A stretch of 63,055 nt of DNA, counting the filler, from Asterionella formosa (Eukaryota), in assembly GCA_002256025.1 (NCBI GenBank). It is 8 parts of 8 records of this genome, joined end to end, with 100 filler letters (N's around TTAATTAATTAA, not from the genome) between each part and the next. Parts side by side here need not be neighbours in the genome. Positions count along the whole stretch, not along the records: positions 1 to 26,366 come from NKIB01001743.1; 7 more parts are not named here. The stretch is one strand, 5' to 3'. The notes below the pieces were generated by a model, which was given only the letters and a program-made list of their open reading frames with translations, was not told where the DNA came from and did not search any database. A program made the translations under genes and the position numbers. Positions 12,662 through 24,000 of this stretch are shown piece after piece (within the stretch, counting starts at the first letter, position 1; each line of letters begins with the position of its first letter).

Positions 12662-13292
12662 AGCAAAATGCAGTATTAAATTTTGATAGTACGTGAAGCC
12701 AGTTGCAGTGCTTTTTCGCCCACATTTTCATAGTTTTGATTGTTGAAAGCTCCCACTCGGCATTTCAGGATCGAATTGATAGGGCAATGGTTGGTTTGAG
12801 CCTTGTACATCAAGAATGGACGGATGCCATCAATTCTAGCTATTCATAGCTTTGCTGCTACACTATATACTCCAAAGCTCCAGAGCAAAGATGAACTATG
12901 ATTTCAGTGGAATGATGGGACACACTGCATGGTTGGACTTTAGGGGTTACTCCGTAGTCGAATTTCACGTTGTAGTTTGTATTCAGAATACATGGCAGTA
13001 CTGGTACTGTTACCTGGTATGGTGCTTTCGTAGACGATGGAGTCTTGGAACGTACCAGGGTACGTAAAATGGCTGATGACATGACTGTTGCCTACCGTTG
13101 ACAACCTGGCCCCATGACCATGCTTGCTGTTGTCGTGCGTGGCCGAGTAAGAAACAAAGAATGCAGAATAATATCAGCGGTATTTTAGTAGGTAAAAAAT
13201 TGTAAAATCCATCCCGTCACTGTCGTCCATCGACCTGTTCAGTTGACTAGCATACGCACCGGTCAAGATCCGCAAAGGGGGTAGCAATCATC

Positions 13293-13523
13293 ATGGCGAT
13301 TGACGATTTACATTCTGGAGCTGCTCATCATCACTACGATGCATTGCTTGAAAAAGTTGAGATAACGGAAGGCGGCAAGGTGGCCCTCGTGGTGATTGTG
13401 CTGGTAACTTTCATTTTTGCCGCTGTCGCTGTAACTAAACTATTGAAAGAAGAACGTGATTCGCATAACTTACGAATTAACCCGCTCCCACAGTCAGAGC
13501 AGATGTCGAGGAAGAGCCGATAA
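13293..13523 (+). CDS. Small single-pass membrane protein (76 aa), unknown function
   Basis: ATG ORF with one clear hydrophobic helix (VALVVIVLVTFIFAAVAV) and a basic C-terminus. No family recognised. Confidence 0.45.
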   Translation: MAIDDLHSGAAHHHYDALLEKVEITEGGKVALVVIVLVTFIFAAVAVTKLLKEERDSHNLRINPLPQSEQMSRKSR

Positions 13524-13776
13524 CGCATAATGGATGCCATTCTAAACTACCTTTAAACAGTAGTCTAAAATCTACGGTATAGGGGCGGCATGGCATAATG
13601 CAAGTGAGCGGCTATCTTAGCATTTATACACGTATATAAACCTGCGGGCAACCGTAAAGATAAACAGTCTCCCATGCATGGTATGCATCATAAATTATGT
13701 TCAGTAAGACTGATGTGGAGGTCAACGTCCAACCATGCCACTAGAATTCATTTTGCACCAACTTCTGATCCTGTTG

Positions 13777-15483
13777 TCAGAGTTCGTGAGTGTGCTGTGC
13801 ATCCAACAATGTACGATAATCATCGTTGTCCCCTCTTATTTGTAAAGAATTTACCATTTGTTGATTATGTCGCAGATCAGCATCTGAAATCGGGCCACCA
13901 TTGCTAACATTGGCCATCGGACCCATCATTTGCTGCGCCTGCTGTTGTTGCTGTGCTTGTTGTTGGGCGTTGGCCTCATTTTCACCGAGCATTAGCATTG
14001 AGAAGAATTTATCCTCCCATGAATTTCTCAGCAGAACGGCAGAAGCACTGGAATCAACAGAAAGACCAGACACTCCGCGAGAAAGCCCTCGAGACATGAG
14101 GGAATTCAAACGAGATGGAGGTAAATTCAGGGCGACAGGAAGTCCATTGATGTGCAACTGCTTTTGTTTCGGATGGGGCGGCAAAGTGGGAGGTGCGTGC
14201 ATTTCAGTAGCGCTGCGACGGGAATCTTGGGACACTATAGCCATGGGTCCCATACTGGACATTCTGATATTTCCCTTGTTATTATCCATAGGAAGAGGGT
14301 CCCAAGCCACGTTGTTTTCGACGTCATCTGCTTGCATCTGTTGGTTTAATAGAATGTTTTTCTGGCCTTGTGTCACGGCACTCGTAATAGTTCCAATTGA
14401 TTGTTGGTGCATCAAAGTGGTCTGTTGTTGGTGTTGGTGCATGGCCATCATCATTTGCTCCATACGACTCAGCATATCCAGCTCCAAACGACGCATCCGA
14501 TCCTCCAGGGTAATATTCATTTCGTCAACCTGGTTTTCCAATGCATGAACTTGATCCCTCAAGGCCTGCACTTCCTTCTCACCTCCGCCACCAGGGGCAT
14601 TGCCTCCACGAGTCGATCGCTGAATTTCCTTCAACAAGTCGCATCGTCCACGCTTAAATTTTTCATTGTAAAATGTGACATGCTTGGCTGTATCAACATC
14701 AAAATCTGCATTCCGGATTGGTTTCGCCTGCATCTTACGGAAACCATAGAAATTCAGCTGCCTCGCAAAAGAGGTAAACTTGTTGTGATCAAAATATTGG
14801 GGAATAACATTGGTCGCAAAGAGATCAGGGTCTTTGACCACGAACATTTCCCCATCCGGAGTCCTATTTATTTTGAAAGTAAGTTTTGCGATGGAAAAGA
14901 GAATCAAAAACGATGAGGCGCATAGCATGACAGACCGAACGATGAAAAACAATATATTCTCTCGTAGGAACATAAAAGAAGTTCCTAATCATCATGAGTG
15001 ATTTTGAGAAATTTCATGTTCTCGAATGGCTTGCAAGCCATATTGACAAAATAGTACATACCATGAGGCAATGTTAGGGTCGCAGGTTTCAATCATCTTG
15101 TAAGTTTCTTGAACATGAGGAAAAGAGATGGGGTCGAGTGAGCCAGTGCACATATTAGGGAAAAACGACGGAGCAGTTCACACGCAAGTGACAACGTCGA
15201 GTTGTTTGAATTAAATAAATATCGAGCCAGAGCAAATCTGCTTCACTTTAGAGACAAATGACTTACTTTTGAGAAAGATCGGAATTGTAGTGGCGCCTTT
15301 GCAGCGAGAGGTATCGGCAACCTTCTCATCGCCATCGTCAGCGCTCGTTGTGACCGGCTTTGGCACATTGTTTGTGACGGTCGAGACGTTGCCTCCGCTT
15401 CGCATGCGACGACGTTTGGTCCCTAGCATGTTGGGGAAATTGATCTTTCCATCGGATCCCACAGGAGGAGGAATGGTTGCCAT
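13777..15483 (-). CDS. HSF: Heat shock transcription factor (exons 15483-15267, 15107-15062, 14863-13777)
   Basis: Spliced DNA-binding domain IPIFLKKTYKMIETCDPNIASW-TPDGEMFVVKD..IPQYFDHNKFTSFARQLNFYGFRK, followed by a coiled coil and a Q-rich tail. Donors GTAAGT and GTATGT. Confidence 0.92.
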
Positions 15484-15921
15484 GCTTAGATGATGTTGGT
15501 CAAGCCGTACAGAGCAAGAAGAAGAAAACAAGGCCTAGCACTGATTCTTACGAGTATATATTATTGATTTGCTCTGCAGTTTCGGCTTTTTATGTGTTGG
15601 ACATACACTCTATGTATGGTTCGGACATCACATTACAACCAGGGTACCCTGGTACCTGATACCTTGGTACTCGGATGGATGTGTATAATTCTTTACATAC
15701 GTTATTCTTATTTATTCATCCATGAATAAAACAATCAATGCTCGTCATAAATACATATTTAAGAGACATAAAGGAAAACATACGGCACGAGAAATAGAAA
15801 TTATAATATTCGTTTCTGTTTATGGATAAAGTGATCTCGTGATATGCCAGTATTGTATTACCGTACCGGTAGTCTAAATACCGCACACCGGGAAGTCGAT
15901 ACGTATCCTATTACATAGGTA

Positions 15922-17934
15922 CCGTGAATCCCGTGCTTCTGTCCTCCCCCACTCTCCTGTCCCTCATTGCACATCTGGTGCTGCAAACCCAAATATTTTA
16001 CATGTGCAGAAAATAGAACATATTATTTTTCTATTCCAAGATGCTCCCGGAATCCATCATGTGATTTTGTTTGGCACCATCATGAAAATGACATCCTGTC
16101 CTCAGCTGAGATGGAGAAATACTCGGCTTACACAGTGTCACAAATGGGCAAAGCTGTGTGCAACATAGATGCTTTGGAGCTCCTGTTTGCGTCAATGATA
16201 CAGTATGTTTCAAGCTGAAAATGGTGGAGATTGTTGGTGAGGAGAAAGAGCTTAAGATGGCTGGCGATGAAGGCTGTGGTTGTCCAAGATGGAACAGAGC
16301 TGTGTACAGTCGGGTTCTTGGGCAAGAACATTGTGGCTTTGGAAAAAACAAGATTTTGATATCAAGACAAGTTTGCTCCCATCATTGAGTTATATGATGA
16401 AAGTTACAATCAAACAAATAGGGCTAGGAGCAACCACAATATTGGAGTGGCTTTGTTACGACTTTTTTAATGACATCCAAATTCAAGAGTGAATAGATTC
16501 TAAATGAAGCTTCTTTCAATAAGGTTAAACAATCTTGATTGAACAAGGATAGATTGCTTCACTACATATTAAATATTGGCTGAACATTTTAAGCCTTGGA
16601 ACTGGTTGTATGGTTTAATCAACAAAAAATGTGATATTTTTTCCATTTGCAAGTTAGACATGTAGTTTGCAAGCAAACAATATATTTAACAAATAAAAGA
16701 TGTAATCACTAGCTTCTAAATGTTATCAAAATAGACTACAACTAAAGTAAACCAGCTTTGTATCCAATGCTGGCCCAGATATTTTTGATTGCACGCACAA
16801 TTACCTGGGCCCATGCTGCCTCCACCCATTGGTGGGCAGCATTACACATCTTAACTTTTTCTTTCTCTAAGTTTTGAACCATAAAATTCTCCCATGCAGT
16901 CTGCGCATAGCCTTTGAATGTCTTGTTGACTCCCACATCCAGCCAGTACTTGAAGCTGGGATGTGTAGCCAGGGATTATGTAGTCGACCTTGTTGCCACA
17001 AGATTTAATGGCATCTACACATTTGCAAATTTTGTGGACCGTAAAGTCGTCCATTACTAACAGGTAAGTTGGCTCGCCAATCCCTGAGTCCAGGGACTCC
17101 AAACCTGCCTATTCAATCCCAGTCATTCAAAAAGACCGATTGGTATACCCAAGCCCTGGCCTGGCAAGAGTATTTCACTGAGACCGGAAATTCGTGTGTT
17201 GAATTGATGGCTAACTGACTGCTTATCCGTTCAATACTGGTTCCCTTGAACACAATGAATGGAGGTAGCTTTTCTCCACTAGCTAAGAGTTACACCTCAG
17301 AGCACAGTGCAACGACCAGAGGCACCTGAAGTCTTTTTTTGTTTGCAATGGTCCTGGCTCAATGTTTCACCCATATTAATGATCCATAAAAGTCAAAATT
17401 GGTCGTTCTTCCGTCGCCTGATCTGCTCAGGTAACACAGAATATGTTCTGGCGGTTGGCTTGATCTTATTTGGTTTCGAAAATGCTTCTGCCAAAATCGT
17501 TTTCTTCAGCCTGATGGTGGTGATGAATTTCTTGTCAAGATGCAAAAATATATAAGAGGATGTGGTTGGCTTGCGGAAATTCTGGCAAGATTCTTGTAGA
17601 ACCTACACAACATAATATAGTAGGTGCAGAAATTGGTGTATACAGCTACATCACTCTAAAATTTAGCATGTGGCCTCTTGTGCTAATTTTTTGGTGCATA
17701 GTAAGTGCGCCAGAATTAGGAAAATCAAACGATCATAGAAACCGATTCAACCAAGAACAATATTGCTTCTTATGAACATTTATATGTTTTAAACTGTGGA
17801 GAAGATAATGGGGATATGTTTTGATCAACGTAAGTGGGCAATGTCAAAATCGCCATAGTTCTTTCTCCCCAAGTAGTAAGTAAATCTAGTCTTGGGTGTG
17901 TACATTTGAGTAGACAGAAGCATGGGGTTTACGG
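15922..17934 (-). mobile_element. Decayed pogo-like (Tc1/mariner, DDE_1) DNA transposon with TIRs and TA target duplication
   Basis: TA|CCGTGAATCCCGTGCTTCTGTC at the left and GACAGAAGCATGGGGTTTACGG|TA at the right (imperfect 22-bp TIR). Disrupted transposase fragments GEKLPPFIVFKG, LLVMDDFTVHK, IIPGYTSQLQVL and GVNKTFKGY. Confidence 0.85.
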
Positions 17935-18229
17935 TAGTTAGGGTACAATGATAAGTTGACCGAGCGATACAGGAGGTATGCTGCCTTAGCCGCCTAGACT
18001 AGTCATTCACTCCTATACCATAATTGTTAGCTATGTGTGGTGGTAACGGCAATTCACGTTAAATCTAAATTTGCCAAGAGGGCAAATCTTTAGCCAGGGT
18101 GGGCCTGGGACGGTCTCCATTCCGGTCTTATCAGTTGCATGGTAGGATTGCGATTCAACAATTTTATGAGGATTCCGATTCAACAACCAGCAGATTTTGC
18201 AGAATTTTGGGTCTGACATCATGCACACC

Positions 18230-18400
18230 TATGGTTCTGTGCCAGGTATGTGAACATACCTGCTGGTAAATCCTCCCAGTCTACGGTGAGTGCCAGCATC
18301 CAATTAGGCAAATGCGATCGGAGTCGACAAACGCACGACAGGCAGAGGAGGGCCATGGCGCCTCCCGCCCGCAGAGAGCGGGCGCTGACATGCATGGTCC
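18230..18400 (-). pseudogene. Tyrosine-recombinase remnant (DIRS/Ngaro-type element)
   Basis: HVSARSLRAGGAMALLC, then a frameshifted VDSDRICLIGCW, resembling the catalytic C-terminal motifs of YR-retroelement recombinases. Confidence 0.65.
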
Positions 18401-19199
18401 ATTTCCATCCTTGGACAAAAATGTTTCTAAATACACAATGTATTGTACTGTACATACCGGGATGTCACTCTGATATGATTGCCATTACCAGCACTACTCA
18501 GTATCAGGCGGGTACCAGGCAACTATATTTGCATGCGTCGAGAAGCAGCTAGCTAGAAAGAAACAAAAGGATACGTATAGTAAGTTCATACCAACAATTT
18601 ATATAACCGTTATATATGTAGGAAACTTAAACATTGGTATTGGGGATATCTACTACTAGGCGTATGTAAAAGCTGTCCTAGACTATTTTGTCTGGCACAA
18701 ATGGGCGACGAACCATCAGGAGTAAGGCGAAACTGAAAAGATGTTACCGGACCTTCCTGGTACTCTAGCTACTAAACTACCGGTACTCTCCATAGAGCTG
18801 TGCAGCCCATTTTCACATAGTATCGTAAGTACAATATCCATGCATTGAGCATTGTCTAAGCATGATAGAAAGAGTATTTAGGTATGGTATTTAGGTATGA
18901 CATTATAATATATCGAGTACCAGTAAGTCATGAAACCAACCCCGATTTACTGTCGATTTCAATGATAATACAAAAGTTGTTTATAATTTTCGATATTCAT
19001 TTTAGTAAACAAAAATATGAATTAAAAATTTATTTAGGAAAATATTCTATCATTCTTGATATAAACAATTACTGATTTGATAGATTTTTACTTTAAAAAC
19101 AATAATCACGAGTTCCCCAGACTAACCCGTTTTGCATTTAGAAAGACTTATATACAAGGTTGGTATTTTCTTCCATGAGAAGTACTAACATTGATCCCT

Positions 19200-20120
19200 A
19201 GATCGAAGGCGTAAGCAACAAGCAAAGAAAGCGGGAAAGGAACCAATGGGCGAACATGCGCTCCTTCGCTCTGGCTTCCAATGCAAGCTGGCGACACCTC
19301 ACCAACCACAACCAGACAATATAACCATGGTCAAACAAGCACCAGGAACACATGATGCTCTCCAAGAAGGGCTTCATTTCACCAAACCTGAGAGCCCAGT
19401 TCATTGCAGATATTTATACAGAGCCACCAGAGCAAAGGCTGTGAAATAATTCTCATGATAGATGCAAATAAGGCGGTTGACGACTCCTCTCAGGGAATAG
19501 CATTGGTTATGTGTGAATGTGCATTATACAACATTACTATGCATGCCACACATCCAGATAGTGAATTAGTACCGGTGACATATGATAGAGGCACATAGAC
19601 TATTGATCATATTTTGGGCAGTCAACATTGTCTAAGCAAACTCCACAAAACGAGCTGAGATATTGCCGTCTATATCAATATTCAGGCGGATAACAGGGCT
19701 TTGTATATTTATACGGACGCTAAGATACTCTTTGCTTGGCGGAAATCATTCAAACATCGCCATGCATGGCAACAAACAGGTCTTTTTTAAGTCATCAAAG
19801 GAGGACGACTGCAAGAAGTATCTAACAGCAGTGAAGAAATAATGTATTCCAAGAAATAGAAGCACTGAACAGTAGCCTCGTGACTAAGGCAGACACTGCA
19901 ATTGTATGGGAGAGACTAGACCAAGACATTGGCAGAGAGATGTGCCTTGGGGACAAACCAATAAAAAAGCGAAGAGGCAGACATGCATGGTCTACAAAGC
20001 TGAGACAGGAGGCTGCTTACTATGCATGCTGTTAGTCCACAATATCAAAACTAATGAAAAGATGGATCTGTTGCGTCGTACTGCAGCTATAAAGAGAGCA
20101 GATTTGGGAGTAGACTAGTA
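19200..20120 (+). mobile_element. Degenerate non-LTR (LINE) endonuclease-region remnant
   Basis: Fragments EIILMIDANKAV and VPVTYDRGT*TIDHILG resemble APE endonuclease C-terminal motifs. Many stops and frameshifts. Confidence 0.55.
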
Positions 20121-20534
20121 GGATACAATGCGGAGCCTACAGAGACACACATCGCTCAAAGAAGCTGTACATGTATGCCAGCTGTTTATTATAATGGTAC
20201 TTATGTCGGGTTGTTGCTATGATGATGCTGGCAGTTACAAATTTCCAATCCCAAAGACTTTTAAAACCGTTAATTAAGATAGGTTGTTTTCATCACTTTG
20301 GCCGGAAAAGCTAGGCAAACGATTTTGGGTTGTGTTTCCTTGACGTTTCCCTATTTTGAACGATCAAATTAGCATAAAACCTACATCACTAAGTGGTTAT
20401 TGATAAAAACTATTTTAAAGAGTGACTTGATGACTTTTTCTATGTAATCGAACGCATGTCCTGCATCACATCATCAATTTCAGCATAATGACTGCAACTT
20501 GCTGGATCACCCTGCTGTGTAGCCACTCCGGAAC

Positions 20535-20932
20535 TGTTGAAAAGGTCCATACTCCTTCCGGCGGGCTGGGTCTCTTTTCACGTAGGCTCTTATGTGATCG
20601 TAGCACTACCTAGTACCACTTACTTTTTCTCTCTTCTCTGCTTCTAGCCTTCCTGCTAGATAAACTAATTGACCTTCCTGTCAATTAACACACTGTTTTC
20701 TCAATTGATGATCTAAACTCAATTTAAATTATAAGCGTAACTAAATGTTTCCTTTCCATGCATCTTTGCTTCCCACAAAGTCGTTCTAAGAATCTCTTCG
20801 AATTTACATTTCCATAAAAATCTTCAATCTTTGATCTCGTTAGATAGCTGATTGATGTGGCAATGCAATATTCGACTCGTTGGATTACAATCGAATCCAC
20901 AATCCTTGTTACTCGGGCTAATATTCTTGACC
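20535..20932 (-). mobile_element. Solo LTR of the Copia family seen at 52071/53221
   Basis: Colinear, diverged match to 52071-52476 (TGTTGAAA..ATATTCTTGAC). No internal sequence on either side and no clean TSD. Confidence 0.88.
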
Positions 20933-21087
20933 CCCGGTTGGTGTACCTTGTACCTGGTACCAGGTACCAGGCGCCACCAGTAATACCAGGTCGGAAAATT
21001 GGTAGACTCGTAAGACCGTGTACACTGCTGCGCTTCCAACCACCTTTCTTTGACCTGGACACACGTCTAGCCTAAGAGCGCACAAAG

Positions 21088-24000
21088 ATGGAGTCCAGAG
21101 ATAAAGCCCCAAAACGACGACGGAAACGGCCTCGTCACAGTCTGGCTTTGGAATGTTTCGGTGTCTTTGTTTTGGCTAGTCTCTCGACTTCGACTTGTCG
21201 CTCCTTGTCACTTCAACGAGCTGCTTTCGGCATAAGAAATCAGAACGAAGATCACCGGAAACACGTGCGATCATGTCGCCGCCTCGTTGCAATATCAATG
21301 TCGTCCAGAGAAAATCCAGAAGGCCAGCCAAATGTCTCCCCCTCTTTCTTTCCTCCCGAGCAACTGGCAGGTCTTAAGGAATCCATCAATATCGTTGATG
21401 TCATCGAGTCATACAACCTACCCAAATTTCAGCGGCGGGGCGACACCGGCGCCATATCGATATGCCCGTTTCACGAGGATCGGAATCCATCGATGAACAT
21501 TGACGACAAGCGAAAGATTTATAAGTGCTTTTCTTGTGGAGCCGGAGGCGATGTTTTTAAATTCGTACGTGATTACAGGGCTCTGAAAGGCGAAGAGTTT
21601 ACCTTTTACGAATCTGTTCGCGAAGTGGCCTCTAGTTTCGGAAACCTGCAACTTGGATCACCATCGCGCACGGGAACTTCTCGGACGACTGAAGAGGAGA
21701 GTGCGGCACTTCAGGAAAAGAAAAAAAGATTACTGCTCATCAATGCAGCAGCAGCAGCATACTTTGGGAAATCGCTAATATCCTTGCCTTCAGCTGGACA
21801 AGCCAGATCGCATTTAAGAAATCGAGGCTTATCACCAACGACGGTTCGTACCTTTGCGTTGGGATATGCTCCCGATTGCTACTTTGGCTTGAAGGGCAAT
21901 AATAAATGGGGTGAAGGCAGCTTAGTTCATAATTTGAAGGAACTGGGTTTCACTGCTGACGAAATTCTTGACTCTGGTCTTGCCACGAGAACAAAACGTG
22001 CTTCGATTTCAGCTGCTGACTCGGATATGTTGGAAACCATGGAAAACTACTCCAAAGAGAAGCCAACAGAATTTACAACTCTAATGGATAGATTTCGTGG
22101 AAGAATCATGGTGCCAATATTTGATGCAAGTGGCAAGAATGTGATTGCCTTTGGAGGTCGAATTCTTCCTTCGCTAGAGAAAGGAAATGACAACTCAGAT
22201 TTTGTTCCTCCGAAGTACCTGAATAGTCCAGAGTCTTTGATATTTCACAAGTCATCTGAGCTCTTTGGACTTCACTTCGCGAAAGAGGCAATTCACGAGC
22301 AGAAGGCAAAGACTGAGCAAGGCGCCCAGCGATTGCCAGGATCGATAGTGATTGTGGAAGGATATATGGATGTCATCTCACTCTGGGAGGCAAACATTAA
22401 GAATGCTGTCGCATGTATGGGAACTGCGTTGACAATGGAACAACTCACGAGCGCGGCAAAGGCGGCAGGCACTATGGAGGGCCGCATTATTCTTTGTTTG
22501 GACAATGATGAGGCTGGTATGAACGCTGTCGAAAGAGTTTGCAGCAACATGTTCCTCACCAAGATATCCGAAAAATACGGGGTTGAAATTGTAATCGGTA
22601 GTTTACCAGTGGGCATCAAGGATCCTGCCGATTTCATCCAGACTAAGAATGGAGATGCAGACTTTCAAAAACGAGTCATTGCAAATGCAGATGATTGGAC
22701 GACATGGTACTTGAAACAAATCCTTGCTCGATACAATGAGAAGGCGCTAAGGGGAACACCTGGCAGCTTTGGTAATATGTGTGATCGAGTTTCTGAGTTT
22801 CTAGCCACTTTTCCAAATCCTGCGGACCGAACGAAACGAGCTCATGATATAGCCAGCAACCTCGCAGAAGTCGTTTCAGCGAGATCTGGATCCAGTCAAG
22901 TATCCAATTCGTTCCGTATTCAGCTAGAGTCAGATTTGGTTGATATGGTATCACGAAAGGCGTCTGTCAAGGAATCTCTTGGGCGGAGGATTGAAGCAGT
23001 AGATGGTTTCTCTCCAAAACAACTGGATGAGAAACTCTCACAGATGTCGAGAGGAGCAGGTTCTAATGTCACTGACGACTCAACCAAATTTTCAGCTAAA
23101 GCATTCAAAGCAGCAAACCCAATTCATTCACGAGAACAGGTCCAGCGATTGAAGCCAACTCCGGTGCAAAGAGATGAGCGTGATCTGAAAGCCGGCCCAA
23201 AAGGAAACAGTGAAAAAAAAAACCCTCGGAAATTTTTCAGAAGTGCGAAAGAACAAGCTTCTCCAATGACACCGCACTTCAAGGGTTTTGCATTTGAAAA
23301 TGAAAGTGACGCTGACTGGCTCGGACTATCCCGGCAGAAGTCAAAGCGAAAGAAAGGGGACCTGGTGTTCGGAACAAATGAAAGATATCAAAAGCAAATG
23401 TTGAACAGATTTGGCGCATCTTATGCACCAGGTCTGAAAGATAATGTGATCTATTTCAACTCCGATGAATACCATGGTCAGCAATTTCTCACTCAAGAAG
23501 CCATGCATGCAGGATATACTAACAATGGTCCCCCTCCTCGTGATCGTTCGTTTCTTGAACGCGGTGTTGCTACATTAGTGAAAGAAGATCCAGTAGGGAT
23601 GATAAGGCGGGGTGAAGAGGCTTTGCTTCGTAATTTGGTTCAATATGGATCAGCTAGATCTGCCATTAGGACTGCCATTGCTACCAGTGATGCAACTGGA
23701 TCGACCTTTGATATCGAATGGAGCAGCGTCGACCGACAATGGCTTTTTACGTATCTTGTGGAACGTGAGGACGAAATCCCCTTCAAGGACTTCGAAGGTG
23801 ACAGCAAGGCAGATCTGAGAGAATATCTTGCCACTCGTGAAGATGTTCCTGAAGGAGCATTTTTCATGCGGGGTTTTGAGATGGACAGAAACTTGCAGGT
23901 TGTAACAGTCGACCCAACCAAAGCGTCAGCGCTTGAAAACAATATATTTGCGAATGAATTTAATGGCGTGACTCCAGTTGACCAGGAATTGCAAATTCCT

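Noticed and set aside
13901..14548. 215-aa Cys-rich plus-strand ORF
   Set aside because: Antisense shadow of the Gln-rich HSF exon.
20724..21112. Short ORFs repeated at 52256 and 53178
   Set aside because: They are translations of LTR sequence, not genes.
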